NCBI GenBank assembly: GCA_963668435.2
Contig: CAXXSC010000008.1
Coordinates: 1,143,945 to 1,175,944, forward strand
From: Candidatus Latescibacterota bacterium
Lineage (GTDB): Bacteria > Latescibacterota > Latescibacteria > Latescibacterales > Latescibacteraceae
Direction of reading: 5' to 3'
DNA length: 32,000 nt
The translations under genes were made by a program, and so were the position numbers. This document shows positions 1 to 7,872 of the stretch, piece by piece. The notes below the pieces were generated by a model. It was not told the DNA's origin, did not search any database, and saw nothing but the letters and a program-made list of their open reading frames with translations. Position 1 is the first letter of the stretch, and each line of letters starts with the position of its first letter.

Positions 1-1
1 C

Positions 2-238
2 ATCACTATTCGGGCCGGATATTCGGCAAGCTGTGATTTGATCGTGAATGAAAAACAGGACGTGCTTTGTATCCCGGAACGCCTGGTCTCTTTTGCGAAT
101 GACACGACACTTGTCTACATGAAAGACGCCGTTGGGGACAGTCTTGTCACACATACTGTCGCGCTCGGTTTTTCAGACGGACTTTCGGTCGAAGTGCTCG
201 ACGGCCTTGCCGAGGGCGACATGATCGTGGAAAAATAA
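2..238 (+). CDS. C-terminal fragment of a periplasmic efflux adaptor (HlyD/MacA-type membrane fusion protein). The 5' end lies outside the window.
   Basis: The frame is open from the window edge to the stop at 236-238. The tail ...VALGFSDGLSVEVLDGLAEGDMIVEK resembles the C-terminal beta-domain of efflux adaptors. It sits directly upstream of MacB-type permease genes. Confidence 0.55.
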   Translation: MTIRAGYSASCDLIVNEKQDVLCIPERLVSFANDTTLVYMKDAVGDSLVTHTVALGFSDGLSVEVLDGLAEGDMIVEK

Positions 239-262
239 CGCTGATTCCAACGGATAAATACT

Positions 263-1510
263 ATGCTGGATTACTGTATAAAACTAATCATTCAATCGTT
301 CCAGGACATGAAGCGGCAAAAACTCCGCTGTATGCTGACCATGTCCGGCATCATCTGGGGCACGATGTCTGTCATCCTGCTGATCGCGTTCGGGGAATCG
401 TTCAGAAAAGCCTCGATGAAAAGCATGAGCGGCATGGGAAGCAATATCGTTGTCATGGGTGGAAACATGACGACAATGCCTTACAGGGGAATGCCTACCG
501 GGCGATGGGTGAAATTGAGGCCTGAAACAGCAGAACTCCTGAGAGCTCAAATCCCTGAAATCGGCGCCATATCTCCTGAAATCCAAAAAAATGTTACAAT
601 GAATATCGGGAAGGAACGCCAGCACAAAAACTGTGTCGGAGTCAATGCCGAATACGGAAAAATGCGCAACCTTCTGCCCCGCGAAGGCGGCAGGTTCATC
701 AATCCGACAGACATGAAAGAGCGGCGCAGGGTCGTTTTCCTGGGCTCCGAACTCAGTAAAAAGTTTTTCGGCGAGGACAGCAACCCGGTTGGAAAACGGC
801 TCACCATCAATGGAATACCGTTCATCGTGATCGGTGTGATGGAGGATAAAATTCAGAACTCATCCTATATGAACAGTGATTCCGAAATAGCGTTCATGCC
901 GTTTTCGACCTGCCGGGAAATGTTCGGGATAACGCATATAGACCGTATCATCTACCGTGCCGGGACAGCGGTCGACACCCCTGCAATGAAAGAGAAAACC
1001 TATCAGGTGCTCTCACGCAAAATCGGATTCGATCCGACAGACAAGGATGCTTTGTGGATGTGGGATACCTCTGAGGGCGCCCGCTTCCTTCATTATTTTT
1101 TCCTGGGATTCGAGGCGTTCCTGTTCCTCGGCGGCGTAATGACACTTGTCGTCGGCGGTATCGGTGTCGCCAATATCATGTATGTGGCTATTCGCGAGCG
1201 GAAACGGGAGATCGGGATAAAAACCGCACTCGGCGCGACACCTGGCCTGATTCTCACCCAGTTTCTCCTGGAATCGTTTGTCATTATGCTTTTCGGCGGA
1301 CTTATCGGAGTCATGGGCGCATGGTCCATTGTAACCGTATTCGGGCTGGAGGTTTTTTCAAAAGCTCATATAGTCATGGGAATACCGGTCATCGATCTGA
1401 ACGTGTCATTGCTGACAGCCTCCGTGCTTGCCTTTATCGGATTCGCCGCGGGCTGGTCGCCGGCCAAAAGCGCCTCCGAAATGGATCCGGTGAAAGCACT
1501 CGAATTTTAG
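263..1510 (+). CDS. ABC transporter permease, MacB/FtsX family (MacB periplasmic core domain plus 4-TM FtsX domain)
   Basis: 415-aa ORF. It has an N-terminal TM helix (LRCMLTMSGIIWGTMSVILLIAFGESF), a large periplasmic segment, and a C-terminal FtsX-like block (GGIGVANIMYVAIRERKREIGIKTALGA). Confidence 0.85.
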   Translation: MLDYCIKLIIQSFQDMKRQKLRCMLTMSGIIWGTMSVILLIAFGESFRKASMKSMSGMGSNIVVMGGNMTTMPYRGMPTGRWVKLRPETAELLRAQIPEIGAISPEIQKNVTMNIGKERQHKNCVGVNAEYGKMRNLLPREGGRFINPTDMKERRRVVFLGSELSKKFFGEDSNPVGKRLTINGIPFIVIGVMEDKIQNSSYMNSDSEIAFMPFSTCREMFGITHIDRIIYRAGTAVDTPAMKEKTYQVLSRKIGFDPTDKDALWMWDTSEGARFLHYFFLGFEAFLFLGGVMTLVVGGIGVANIMYVAIRERKREIGIKTALGATPGLILTQFLLESFVIMLFGGLIGVMGAWSIVTVFGLEVFSKAHIVMGIPVIDLNVSLLTASVLAFIGFAAGWSPAKSASEMDPVKALEF

Positions 1511-1548
1511 CTGACCTCACTATTGCGATTAAATAACGGCGGATACAA

Positions 1549-2793
1549 ATGCATTTCCTGATAACCTACTTTTACGAACTTAAGCACCAGAAACTGAGGA
1601 TGTTCCTGACTATCATGGCAGTCGCCTGGGGCATGGCGAATATCGTGCTCATGCTGTCTGTCGGCGAGGGACTTTACACCATGATGAGCCGCGGTCTTTC
1701 CGGCATGGGCGAGGGTATTGCTGTCGGCTGGCCCAACCAGACCTCGAAAGCCTCTAACGGTTACGGTGCCGGACGGCCGGTGCGGGTGACCGAGGCGGAT
1801 ATCGCGGCCGCCGCAACCATCAGCTCGATCAGGAACATCAGCGCCGAATACAGCGGCTGGGGTGTCACCATGCGGGTGGACGGTAAGAATATCTCGAAAA
1901 ATGTTCGCGGTGTTTACCCTGTTTACGGTTCCATGCGCAATCTTGTCCCGGAACACGGCGGGCGTTTTCTCAACGACATCGACGAGGAAAAACGGCGGCG
2001 GGTGATATTTTTAGGCAATGAAGTCCGCGATGTGCTTTTCGGCAAAGATGAAGCTGCCGTGGGAAAAACAGTCTCCCTGAACGGTACCCCCTTCCTGGTT
2101 GTCGGTGTGCTGAGGCACAAATACCAGATGTCATGCTATAACGGCAACGATTCGGGAGCATGCTTCGTCCCCGCCTCGACATTCCGTACGATGTTCAACC
2201 GCTCACATGTCAACATCGCGATTATTGAACCGAAGTCGGAGGCGGTATCCAAAGAAGCCCAGAAAGAGTTCCGCAAACTTCTCGCGGGCCGTCACGGCTA
2301 CCATCCCGAGGATGATGCCCTTGTCAGTTTCTGGGACACCTACGAAACGAAAAAGATGCAGGATGTCATCTTCCGGGGCCTTCAGGCGTTCCTCGGTGTA
2401 ATCGGCGGCCTGACACTCCTTATCGCGGGTATGGGTGTCGCGAATATCATGTATGTAACCGTCAAAGAGCGAACACGTGAGATAGGCATCAAGATGGCGG
2501 TTGGTGCGAATCCGCTTCTCATAGTCGCGCAGTTTCTTGTCGAGGCATTGATAACTGTTTCACTCGGCGGCCTGATCGGAACCTGCATGGCCATGGGGCT
2601 CATCGACCTGTTCGGCCTTATCCCCCTCCCCGACTCGTTCGTGGAGGTGACAGGCAGGCCGGAACCGGTATTCAGCGCCATGATCGCGCTTATCTGTGTC
2701 AGCGCGCTCAATATTATCGGACTTTTCGCCGGTATTTTCCCCGCCCGCAGAGCATCGCTTGTCGATCCGGTCGAGGCGCTCAGATACGAATAG
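1549..2793 (+). CDS. Second ABC transporter permease, MacB/FtsX family (paralogue of the preceding gene)
   Basis: 414-aa ORF with the same architecture. It carries the conserved block GMGVANIMYVTVKERTREIGIKMAVGA and ends ...RRASLVDPVEALRYE, typical of FtsX-family permeases. Confidence 0.85.
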   Translation: MHFLITYFYELKHQKLRMFLTIMAVAWGMANIVLMLSVGEGLYTMMSRGLSGMGEGIAVGWPNQTSKASNGYGAGRPVRVTEADIAAAATISSIRNISAEYSGWGVTMRVDGKNISKNVRGVYPVYGSMRNLVPEHGGRFLNDIDEEKRRRVIFLGNEVRDVLFGKDEAAVGKTVSLNGTPFLVVGVLRHKYQMSCYNGNDSGACFVPASTFRTMFNRSHVNIAIIEPKSEAVSKEAQKEFRKLLAGRHGYHPEDDALVSFWDTYETKKMQDVIFRGLQAFLGVIGGLTLLIAGMGVANIMYVTVKERTREIGIKMAVGANPLLIVAQFLVEALITVSLGGLIGTCMAMGLIDLFGLIPLPDSFVEVTGRPEPVFSAMIALICVSALNIIGLFAGIFPARRASLVDPVEALRYE

Positions 2794-2852
2794 GGAAGAT
2801 ATACGAACTGATTACGCTGTCTAATTTCTCATATCGACCACAGGAGAAACGA

Positions 2853-3548
2853 ATGATATCACTGAAAAACATTTCAAAAGTCTATAATATGGGGCATGTC
2901 TCCGTCAACGCGCTCGGCCCGATCGATCTCGAGATCGAACGGGGTGATTTCACCGCTATCCTCGGCCCCTCCGGCTCGGGAAAAAGCACGCTCATGAATA
3001 TTATCGGCTGCCTCGACCGTCCGACTGACGGTGAATATTCCCTCGACGGCACCCCTGTTCATGAATTCAGCAGGAAACAGCTTGCGCGGGTCAGGAACAA
3101 AAAGATCGGTTTTGTGTTCCAGAGTTTCAACCTGCTCCCTTTCGCCACCGCCTATGAAAATGTCGAACTGCCGATGCTGTATGCGAATATCGCGAAAAAA
3201 GAGCGGAAACGCATTGTCACGCATCTCCTCGAAAGTGTCAGCCTGTCCGACCGCGCAACGCACCGTCCCGCAGAGCTGTCCGGCGGGCAACGTCAGCGGA
3301 TATCCATAGCCAGGGCTCTCGCAAACGATCCCGACATCATACTTGCCGACGAGCCCACCGGCAATCTCGACTCAAAATCGGGCGCTGAGGTTCTCGACAT
3401 TTTCAAACAGCTTAATCGGCAGAATAAAACCATCGTCTTTGTTACGCACGACGAGAACCTGGCATTGCACGCGAACAGAATTATCCGACTTCTCGATGGC
3501 GATGTGCACAGGGATTATCTGACTGAAAACGTGCAGGTTCCGGCGTAG
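2853..3548 (+). CDS. ABC transporter ATP-binding protein (MacB/LolD-type ATPase)
   Basis: Walker A GPSGSGKST, Q-loop FVFQSFNL, signature LSGGQRQR, Walker B IILADEPTGNLD and H-loop VTHD are all present. A GGAG motif lies 7 nt upstream of the ATG. Confidence 0.93.
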   Translation: MISLKNISKVYNMGHVSVNALGPIDLEIERGDFTAILGPSGSGKSTLMNIIGCLDRPTDGEYSLDGTPVHEFSRKQLARVRNKKIGFVFQSFNLLPFATAYENVELPMLYANIAKKERKRIVTHLLESVSLSDRATHRPAELSGGQRQRISIARALANDPDIILADEPTGNLDSKSGAEVLDIFKQLNRQNKTIVFVTHDENLALHANRIIRLLDGDVHRDYLTENVQVPA

Positions 3549-3768
3549 AAATCAGAACTGTCGGCTGAAAAATATTTCGCGCATTGTTTTGGCACACCTG
3601 TGATTTGGCAGTATCACTTAGGAAACGACCTGTTCAGGAGTTGATCTTTCTTTTTGATTCAATACTGTTCGGTTAAACTTGAGCCTAATGGCTGTGAAAG
3701 CCAGCAAACGCGGAATCGAGCGCAATAAACCAGTAAAAAAAACATAAATCGGAGATACTGACATGCGA

Positions 3769-3919
3769 CCCCGGAACAGTCCTTCGGACTGTCCCGATGA
3801 CTGTCACCGGGGAACCTTCACTTTATGGTTCCCCCGCCCCCTCCGAAAGGGGGCAGCGGCCCCTTTTGGGTCTGATGTGGATGTGCCACTTGATCCGCTG
3901 TTGTCGCTTCGACGACAAC
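3769..3919 (+). ncRNA. Candidate structured RNA element: a run of GC-rich hairpins with mutually exclusive helices. Identity unknown.
   Basis: Helices read directly from the sequence:
- CCCCGG 3769-3774 pairs with CCGGGG 3807-3812.
- ACAGTC-CTTCG-GACTGT at 3776-3792.
- GGGGAACC 3809-3816 pairs with GGTTCCCC 3827-3834.
- GCCCCCT 3836-3842 pairs with AGGGGGC 3848-3854.
- GGGGC-AGCG-GCCCC plus TTTT at 3850-3867.
- GTGG/CCAC at 3877-3889.
- GTTGTCG-CTTCGA-CGACAAC at 3900-3919.
I recognised no known RNA family. Confidence 0.3.
3850..3867 (+). terminator. Short intrinsic-terminator-like hairpin (GGGGC AGCG GCCCC TTTT)
   Basis: A 5-bp all-GC stem with a 4-nt loop, followed by T4. Its 5' arm overlaps the 3' arm of the stronger 3836-3854 hairpin, so the two structures compete. 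Confidence 0.3.
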
Positions 3920-4338
3920 GCTGGATTGCATGATCACCGTAACTGACCAAAATACTATGGTTTTATGTCTATCCCCGTTGAAAAGCCCGGTTGAGCAAAT
4001 GTTTTCGGATCGGAAAGACTGGCGTTACAAGACGCATTCAGCGTTTCCCGAAAACATGCAGTGAGAACGGAAAACAGCTTTTCACCGGGCGCCCTTTTTG
4101 CGCCACTTTTTCCGGCGAGGGAATAAGCGGGAAAAAATGTTCTTTGCGTTTAAAAAATCAGAACAGATCTTTTTACCGGACAGTATTTTTTTATTCAATA
4201 AATGCTGCCCGAATTCTTGTATCTAAAAGTCAGGAATGTCTTTCGGTATAGAGCAATCACAGCAAAAGGGAACTTCACAGCATCTCCGGGAATAGTAAAA
4301 CATTATTCCCGGCAACATCAAAAAATCCAACTATTCGG

Positions 4339-4380
4339 GCCCGGAAAAGGACAATAAGTATCCCATTCCGGGCTTTTTCT
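4339..4380 (+). terminator. Hairpin plus T-tract (GCCCGG ... CCGGGC TTTTTCT), terminator-like
   Basis: A 6-bp GC stem (4339-4344 / 4368-4373) encloses a 23-nt loop and is followed by T5. There is no adjacent CDS. Confidence 0.25.
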
Positions 4381-4496
4381 CCGGCAGTCTTTCCGCCCGT
4401 AAAAATCTTTCCCTGAAATGATGCACACAAACTGCCCTAATTCCTTGACTTTCTCAATTAAAAGTGGCATTTTATATACTTGTGCCGGACATGTAT

Positions 4497-4535
4497 GGCT
4501 GTATATCGGCAAGACACGCCGAAACAGCCTTTTCT
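4497..4535 (+). terminator. Two-tier hairpin plus T-tract, terminator-like, about 40 nt upstream of the SRP RNA
   Basis: GGCTGT 4497-4502 pairs with ACAGCC 4524-4529. An inner helix CGGC/GCCG sits inside, and TTTTCT follows at 4530-4535. Confidence 0.35.
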
Positions 4536-4577
4536 ATGATTTAAGGCACTGACAATAGTGAAAAATCAAGATTTGAA

Positions 4578-4847
4578 GCCGTGCTAGACGGGGAGTCAGC
4601 GGTGCCCTGTAACCCGCAATCCGCTATAGCGGGGTTGAATTCCCGGCTTGAGGCCTTGGTGTTTTCGCGTTGAAACGGTAGTACTGGATGTTGACGGTCG
4701 GGACCCGCGCAATGGTCGGAATCCGAACCCCGTCAGGATCGGAAGATAGCAGCGGCAGGATATCTGTTCCGTGTGCCGCGGCCATCTTGGCAAGAGTCCG
4801 GTCTGCCGTGGATCTCGAAAGTGCCGGGTCGATTCCGGGTGCACGGC
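4578..4847 (+). ncRNA. ffs: Signal recognition particle RNA, long (Bacillus scRNA-like) form with an Alu domain
   Basis: - The 5' GCCGUGC (4578-4584) pairs with the 3' GCACGGC (4841-4847).
- Alu-domain block: GUGCUAGACGGGGAG..AGCGGUGCCCUGUAACCCGCAAUCCGCUAUAGCGGGG, nearly identical to my recollection of B. subtilis scRNA.
- Also GUUGACGGUCGGGACCCGCGCAAUGG.
- Domain IV motif: GUCAGGAUCGGAAGAUAGCAGC ... GUGCCGCGG.
- It lies immediately upstream of dnaX, as in Bacillus. Confidence 0.9.
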
Positions 4848-5132
4848 AAATATAATTGCGCTCTAAAAACAGGCCAGGGGAAACATACCAGCGACAAGCA
4901 TTACAGCCGCATTTGTTTTCTCATACAGGAATCTCGAAAATCTCGTGAAACAGATTCTTCACTTCGTTCAGAATGACACAGCTTCTCCTGGAATGAATCG
5001 AGATAAAACCGGGCATTGCCGCTTTTCAATGGCATAATCGGCTCTTAAAATCTCTGGCCTTTCATTTTTTGTGTACTCTGTGGCTCGTATTGTTTTCTTT
5101 GAACTTTAAACTTTGAACGTTGAACTGTCCGT

Positions 5133-6827
5133 ATGTCCTATGTCGTAACAGCACGTAAGTGGCGCCCTCAGCGTTTCAGCGACGTTGTCTCGCAGAAACA
5201 TGTAACCGGCACCCTGAAAAGCGCGATCAAGAACGATCGTGTCGGGCACGCCTATCTTTTCAGCGGCCCGAGGGGAGTCGGAAAGACCACGGTGGCGAGG
5301 ATTTTCGCCAAGGCACTCAACTGCGAGCGCGGCCCTGCCGAGGAGCCCTGCAACGAGTGCGAGAACTGCGTATCGATCCAGAACGGCAGTTCGATGGATA
5401 TCCAGGAACTTGACGGTGCCTCCAACAACTCTGTTGAGGATGTCAGGAATCTCATCGCGAATGTCGGCTATCACGCCAGCCGCTGCCGCTATAAGATGTA
5501 TATCATTGATGAGGTCCATATGCTGTCGACCGCGGCGTTCAATGCGCTTCTGAAAACACTCGAAGAGCCGCCGCCGAACGTGATATTCATTTTCGCGACG
5601 ACCGAGCCGCACAGGATACCGGTGACAATTTTGTCACGTTGCCAGCGTTTCGATTTCCGCCGTCTTTCGGTGCATGATATCGCGGGCAAACTGAGAACGA
5701 TCGCCGAGGGCGACGGTCTCGCTGTCGACGACGGGTCGGTGATGCTGATAGCCCAGCGTGCCGCCGGAGCCATGCGCGACGCAGAAAGCATCCTTGAGCA
5801 GCTCAAGAGCTCACGCGGGGATTCCGTAACTGTCGCCGATGTGACCGAGGTGCTCGGGATAGCCGACCGCGAGGTCTTTTTCCGGATTATTGAACGCTGC
5901 CACGAGGCCGATGTTTACGGCGCAATCGAACTGTTCAGAACGTTTTACGACGAGGGTGGCGACCTCAGGGAATTCGTCGAGGGCCTGCTTGGCCATCTCC
6001 GCGACCTTATCTACTCCCACTATCCGGGCGGTATCGACCATGTCATGCTCGATGACAGCATGAAAGCCCGTATCAAGGAGCAGTCCGGCTGGTACAACCA
6101 GGGAGACCTCATCCGTTTGACCGGCTATGTCACCGAGGTTGAAACGAGCCTCAATTACGCAGTCCTGCCGGTGCTCCGTATAGAAATAATGCTGGCCCGC
6201 CTTGCCTCGATGGACACAACCATACAGATTAAAGAAGTGCTCAACAAGCTCGGCGGTGACAGCAGTGTCGAGATCATGATGCGCGGTGTTCAGGGAACAG
6301 GAGCGCCTGCGGCTGGAAACCAGGCTCCGCCGACCTCGTCTGGCGGCGACACTGTTACGGCCTCACAGCCAGTGAACAGGAAGCTCGCAACAGACAGCAG
6401 CCCAGGCGGCACAGAGGACAAAAGCGGGCTGTCGGTCGAGGCAAACAACGAGGCAATCGGCAGCGCCTGGAACGACATTATCGCGAGGATCGCCAAGGTA
6501 AAACCGTATATCGGGCCCTCATTGGCGGCGACACAGCCGGTATCATATAAAAACGGCACCTTGAAGATCGGTTTTCAGAACAAAAAATCATTTGAAATGA
6601 AAAATGTCGAAGCGAGTATCGAGGCTATCGAGGAAATAATCACTGCGCTGATTGGAACGGAAGTCAGGGTTGTCTGTGACAACTGCCTGCCCGATGTGGA
6701 ACAACCGTCCAACGGCACAGCTGAAAAAAAAAATTCTAATTACGCCTCAATGATTGAACGAGAGCCGGTTATCGGCGATATTCTTGCCCGTTTCGACGGC
6801 GAAATTACAGACACCTGGAGGGAATAA
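5133..6827 (+). CDS. dnaX: DNA polymerase III subunit gamma/tau
   Basis: The N-terminus [24 protein letters not shown]...[14 protein letters not shown] carries Walker A. A zinc module follows ([10 protein letters not shown]), then Walker [10 protein letters not shown] and sensor SRCQRF. A low-complexity linker and a tau-like C-terminus complete the protein. Confidence 0.95.
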   Translation: MSYVVTARKWRPQRFSDVVSQKHVTGTLKSAIKNDRVGHAYLFSGPRGVGKTTVARIFAKALNCERGPAEEPCNECENCVSIQNGSSMDIQELDGASNNSVEDVRNLIANVGYHASRCRYKMYIIDEVHMLSTAAFNALLKTLEEPPPNVIFIFATTEPHRIPVTILSRCQRFDFRRLSVHDIAGKLRTIAEGDGLAVDDGSVMLIAQRAAGAMRDAESILEQLKSSRGDSVTVADVTEVLGIADREVFFRIIERCHEADVYGAIELFRTFYDEGGDLREFVEGLLGHLRDLIYSHYPGGIDHVMLDDSMKARIKEQSGWYNQGDLIRLTGYVTEVETSLNYAVLPVLRIEIMLARLASMDTTIQIKEVLNKLGGDSSVEIMMRGVQGTGAPAAGNQAPPTSSGGDTVTASQPVNRKLATDSSPGGTEDKSGLSVEANNEAIGSAWNDIIARIAKVKPYIGPSLAATQPVSYKNGTLKIGFQNKKSFEMKNVEASIEAIEEIITALIGTEVRVVCDNCLPDVEQPSNGTAEKKNSNYASMIEREPVIGDILARFDGEITDTWRE

Positions 6828-6828
6828 A

Positions 6829-7155
6829 ATGGCCAAGGGTTTCGGCAATATGATGAAGCAGGCCCAGAAGATGCAGAAGCAGATGATGGAAATGCAGGAG
6901 GAAGTCGGCAAGAAAACGGTCGAGGGCACCGCTGGCGGCGGCATGGTCAAGGTGATCGCCAACGGCCATCAGGACATTCTCGAAATTTCCATCGATCCCG
7001 AGGTCGTCGATCCCGACGATGTTGAACTTCTCGAAGACCTGGTGCTTGCAGCGGTAACAAACGCCCGCGACAAGGCAAAAGAGCTGATGGAAGGGGAAAT
7101 GGGCAAAATTCTGCCGCCGGGGCTCGGCGGTCTCGGTATTCCGGGAATGGGTTGA
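6829..7155 (+). CDS. ybaB: Nucleoid-associated protein YbaB/EbfC
   Basis: [26 protein letters not shown]...[11 protein letters not shown]...[24 protein letters not shown] is the canonical YbaB pattern. I chose the ATG at 6829, 1 nt after the dnaX stop, over the upstream TTG at 6754, which overlaps dnaX. Confidence 0.9.
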   Translation: MAKGFGNMMKQAQKMQKQMMEMQEEVGKKTVEGTAGGGMVKVIANGHQDILEISIDPEVVDPDDVELLEDLVLAAVTNARDKAKELMEGEMGKILPPGLGGLGIPGMG

Positions 7156-7159
7156 GACC

Positions 7160-7753
7160 ATGAGCGAACAGCGGGTGGTCGACATACTCGTGGACAGGCT
7201 GTCTGAGCTGCCGGGTATCGGCAAGAAAACGGCACAGCGTCTGACATTCCATATCATGAAAATGCCGCGTGAGAATGCTATCGGAATAGCGCGCGCCATC
7301 GCCGATGTAAAAGACAAGGTCAAGAACTGTTCGATCTGCTGGAACCTGACCGAGACAGATCCCTGCCCGATCTGCAGCGACACAAAACGTGATTCATCGC
7401 AGGTCTGCGTTGTCGAGAATCCCTCGGATGTCAACGCTATCGAAAAAGCGGGTGTCTATCGAGGTGTCTATCATGTACTTGGCGGCGCGCTGTCGCCTCT
7501 CGATAATGTCGGGCCCGACGACCTCCGGGTCAGGGAACTGATAAAACGTCTCGACGGCGGCGTAAAAGAAATCATCATCGCCACCAACCCAACAGTGGAG
7601 GGCGAGGCAACCGCGAGCTGGATTGCGGACAGTTTCGCGGGTAAGGGTGTCAAGGTTACCCGTATCGCAAGGGGACTTCCTGTCGGCAGTGACCTCGAAC
7701 TTGCCGACAAGGTGACACTCACACGCTCTTTCGAGGGCCGCATGGATATTTAG
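7160..7753 (+). CDS. recR: Recombination protein RecR
   Basis: HhH motif LPGIGKKTAQRL, C4 zinc finger CSICWNLTETDPCPIC, and a Toprim segment VCVVENPSDV...EIIIATNPTVEGEATA. The conserved dnaX-ybaB-recR order supports the call. Confidence 0.95.
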   Translation: MSEQRVVDILVDRLSELPGIGKKTAQRLTFHIMKMPRENAIGIARAIADVKDKVKNCSICWNLTETDPCPICSDTKRDSSQVCVVENPSDVNAIEKAGVYRGVYHVLGGALSPLDNVGPDDLRVRELIKRLDGGVKEIIIATNPTVEGEATASWIADSFAGKGVKVTRIARGLPVGSDLELADKVTLTRSFEGRMDI

Positions 7754-7872
7754 CACCGCAGAACGGATTTCGGGCGGATTCCCGATCAGGTGAAACGGAA
7801 AAACCTCTATCGGGAACAGGAACGGAATACGGCGACTCAACAAGGATCGATTATTTCACAGGTAATGAATAT

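Noticed and set aside
3868-3895. Resemblance of TCTGATGTGGATGTGCCAC to the TPP riboswitch block CCUGAUCUGGAUAAUGCCAGC
   Set aside because: The obligatory CUGAGA (thi-box J3/2) element and the P2/P3 architecture are absent upstream. No thiamine gene follows. Partial similarity only.
3991-4251. 86-aa + strand ORF (TTG start) in the non-coding kilobase
   Set aside because: It has a non-ATG start, no SD and a highly basic, Cys/Phe/Arg-rich composition with no motifs. It spans several hairpin and T-tract elements. It is more likely non-coding, but it is mentioned in the finding for that region.
4445-4480. TTGACT ... TATACT as a sigma-70 promoter for ffs
   Set aside because: The spacing between the hexamers is 24 nt (22 nt to TATATA), outside the functional 16-19 nt range. 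No better -10 sits at the proper distance, so I did not call a promoter.
4318-4512. 64-aa minus-strand ORF
   Set aside because: It has no recognisable features, overlaps the hairpin elements, and has non-protein-like composition.
4773-4976. 67-aa + strand ORF. Also the 82-aa minus-strand ORF at 4596-4844.
   Set aside because: Both overlap the SRP RNA gene, which explains the sequence.
6724-6733. A10 homopolymer inside dnaX, considered as a programmed frameshift or slippage site producing gamma or a DnaX-YbaB fusion
   Set aside because: It lies only about 31 codons from the dnaX stop, far downstream of where gamma is truncated in known systems. Shifting into the ybaB frame hits TGA at 6751-6753, so no fusion is possible. 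I saw no A-AAA-AAG-type heptamer in the domain III/IV linker region.
6754-6828. Upstream TTG-start extension of the ybaB ORF (133-aa version)
   Set aside because: The extension overlaps the end of dnaX and encodes non-YbaB-like sequence. The ATG at 6829 gives the canonical [14 protein letters not shown]-terminus.
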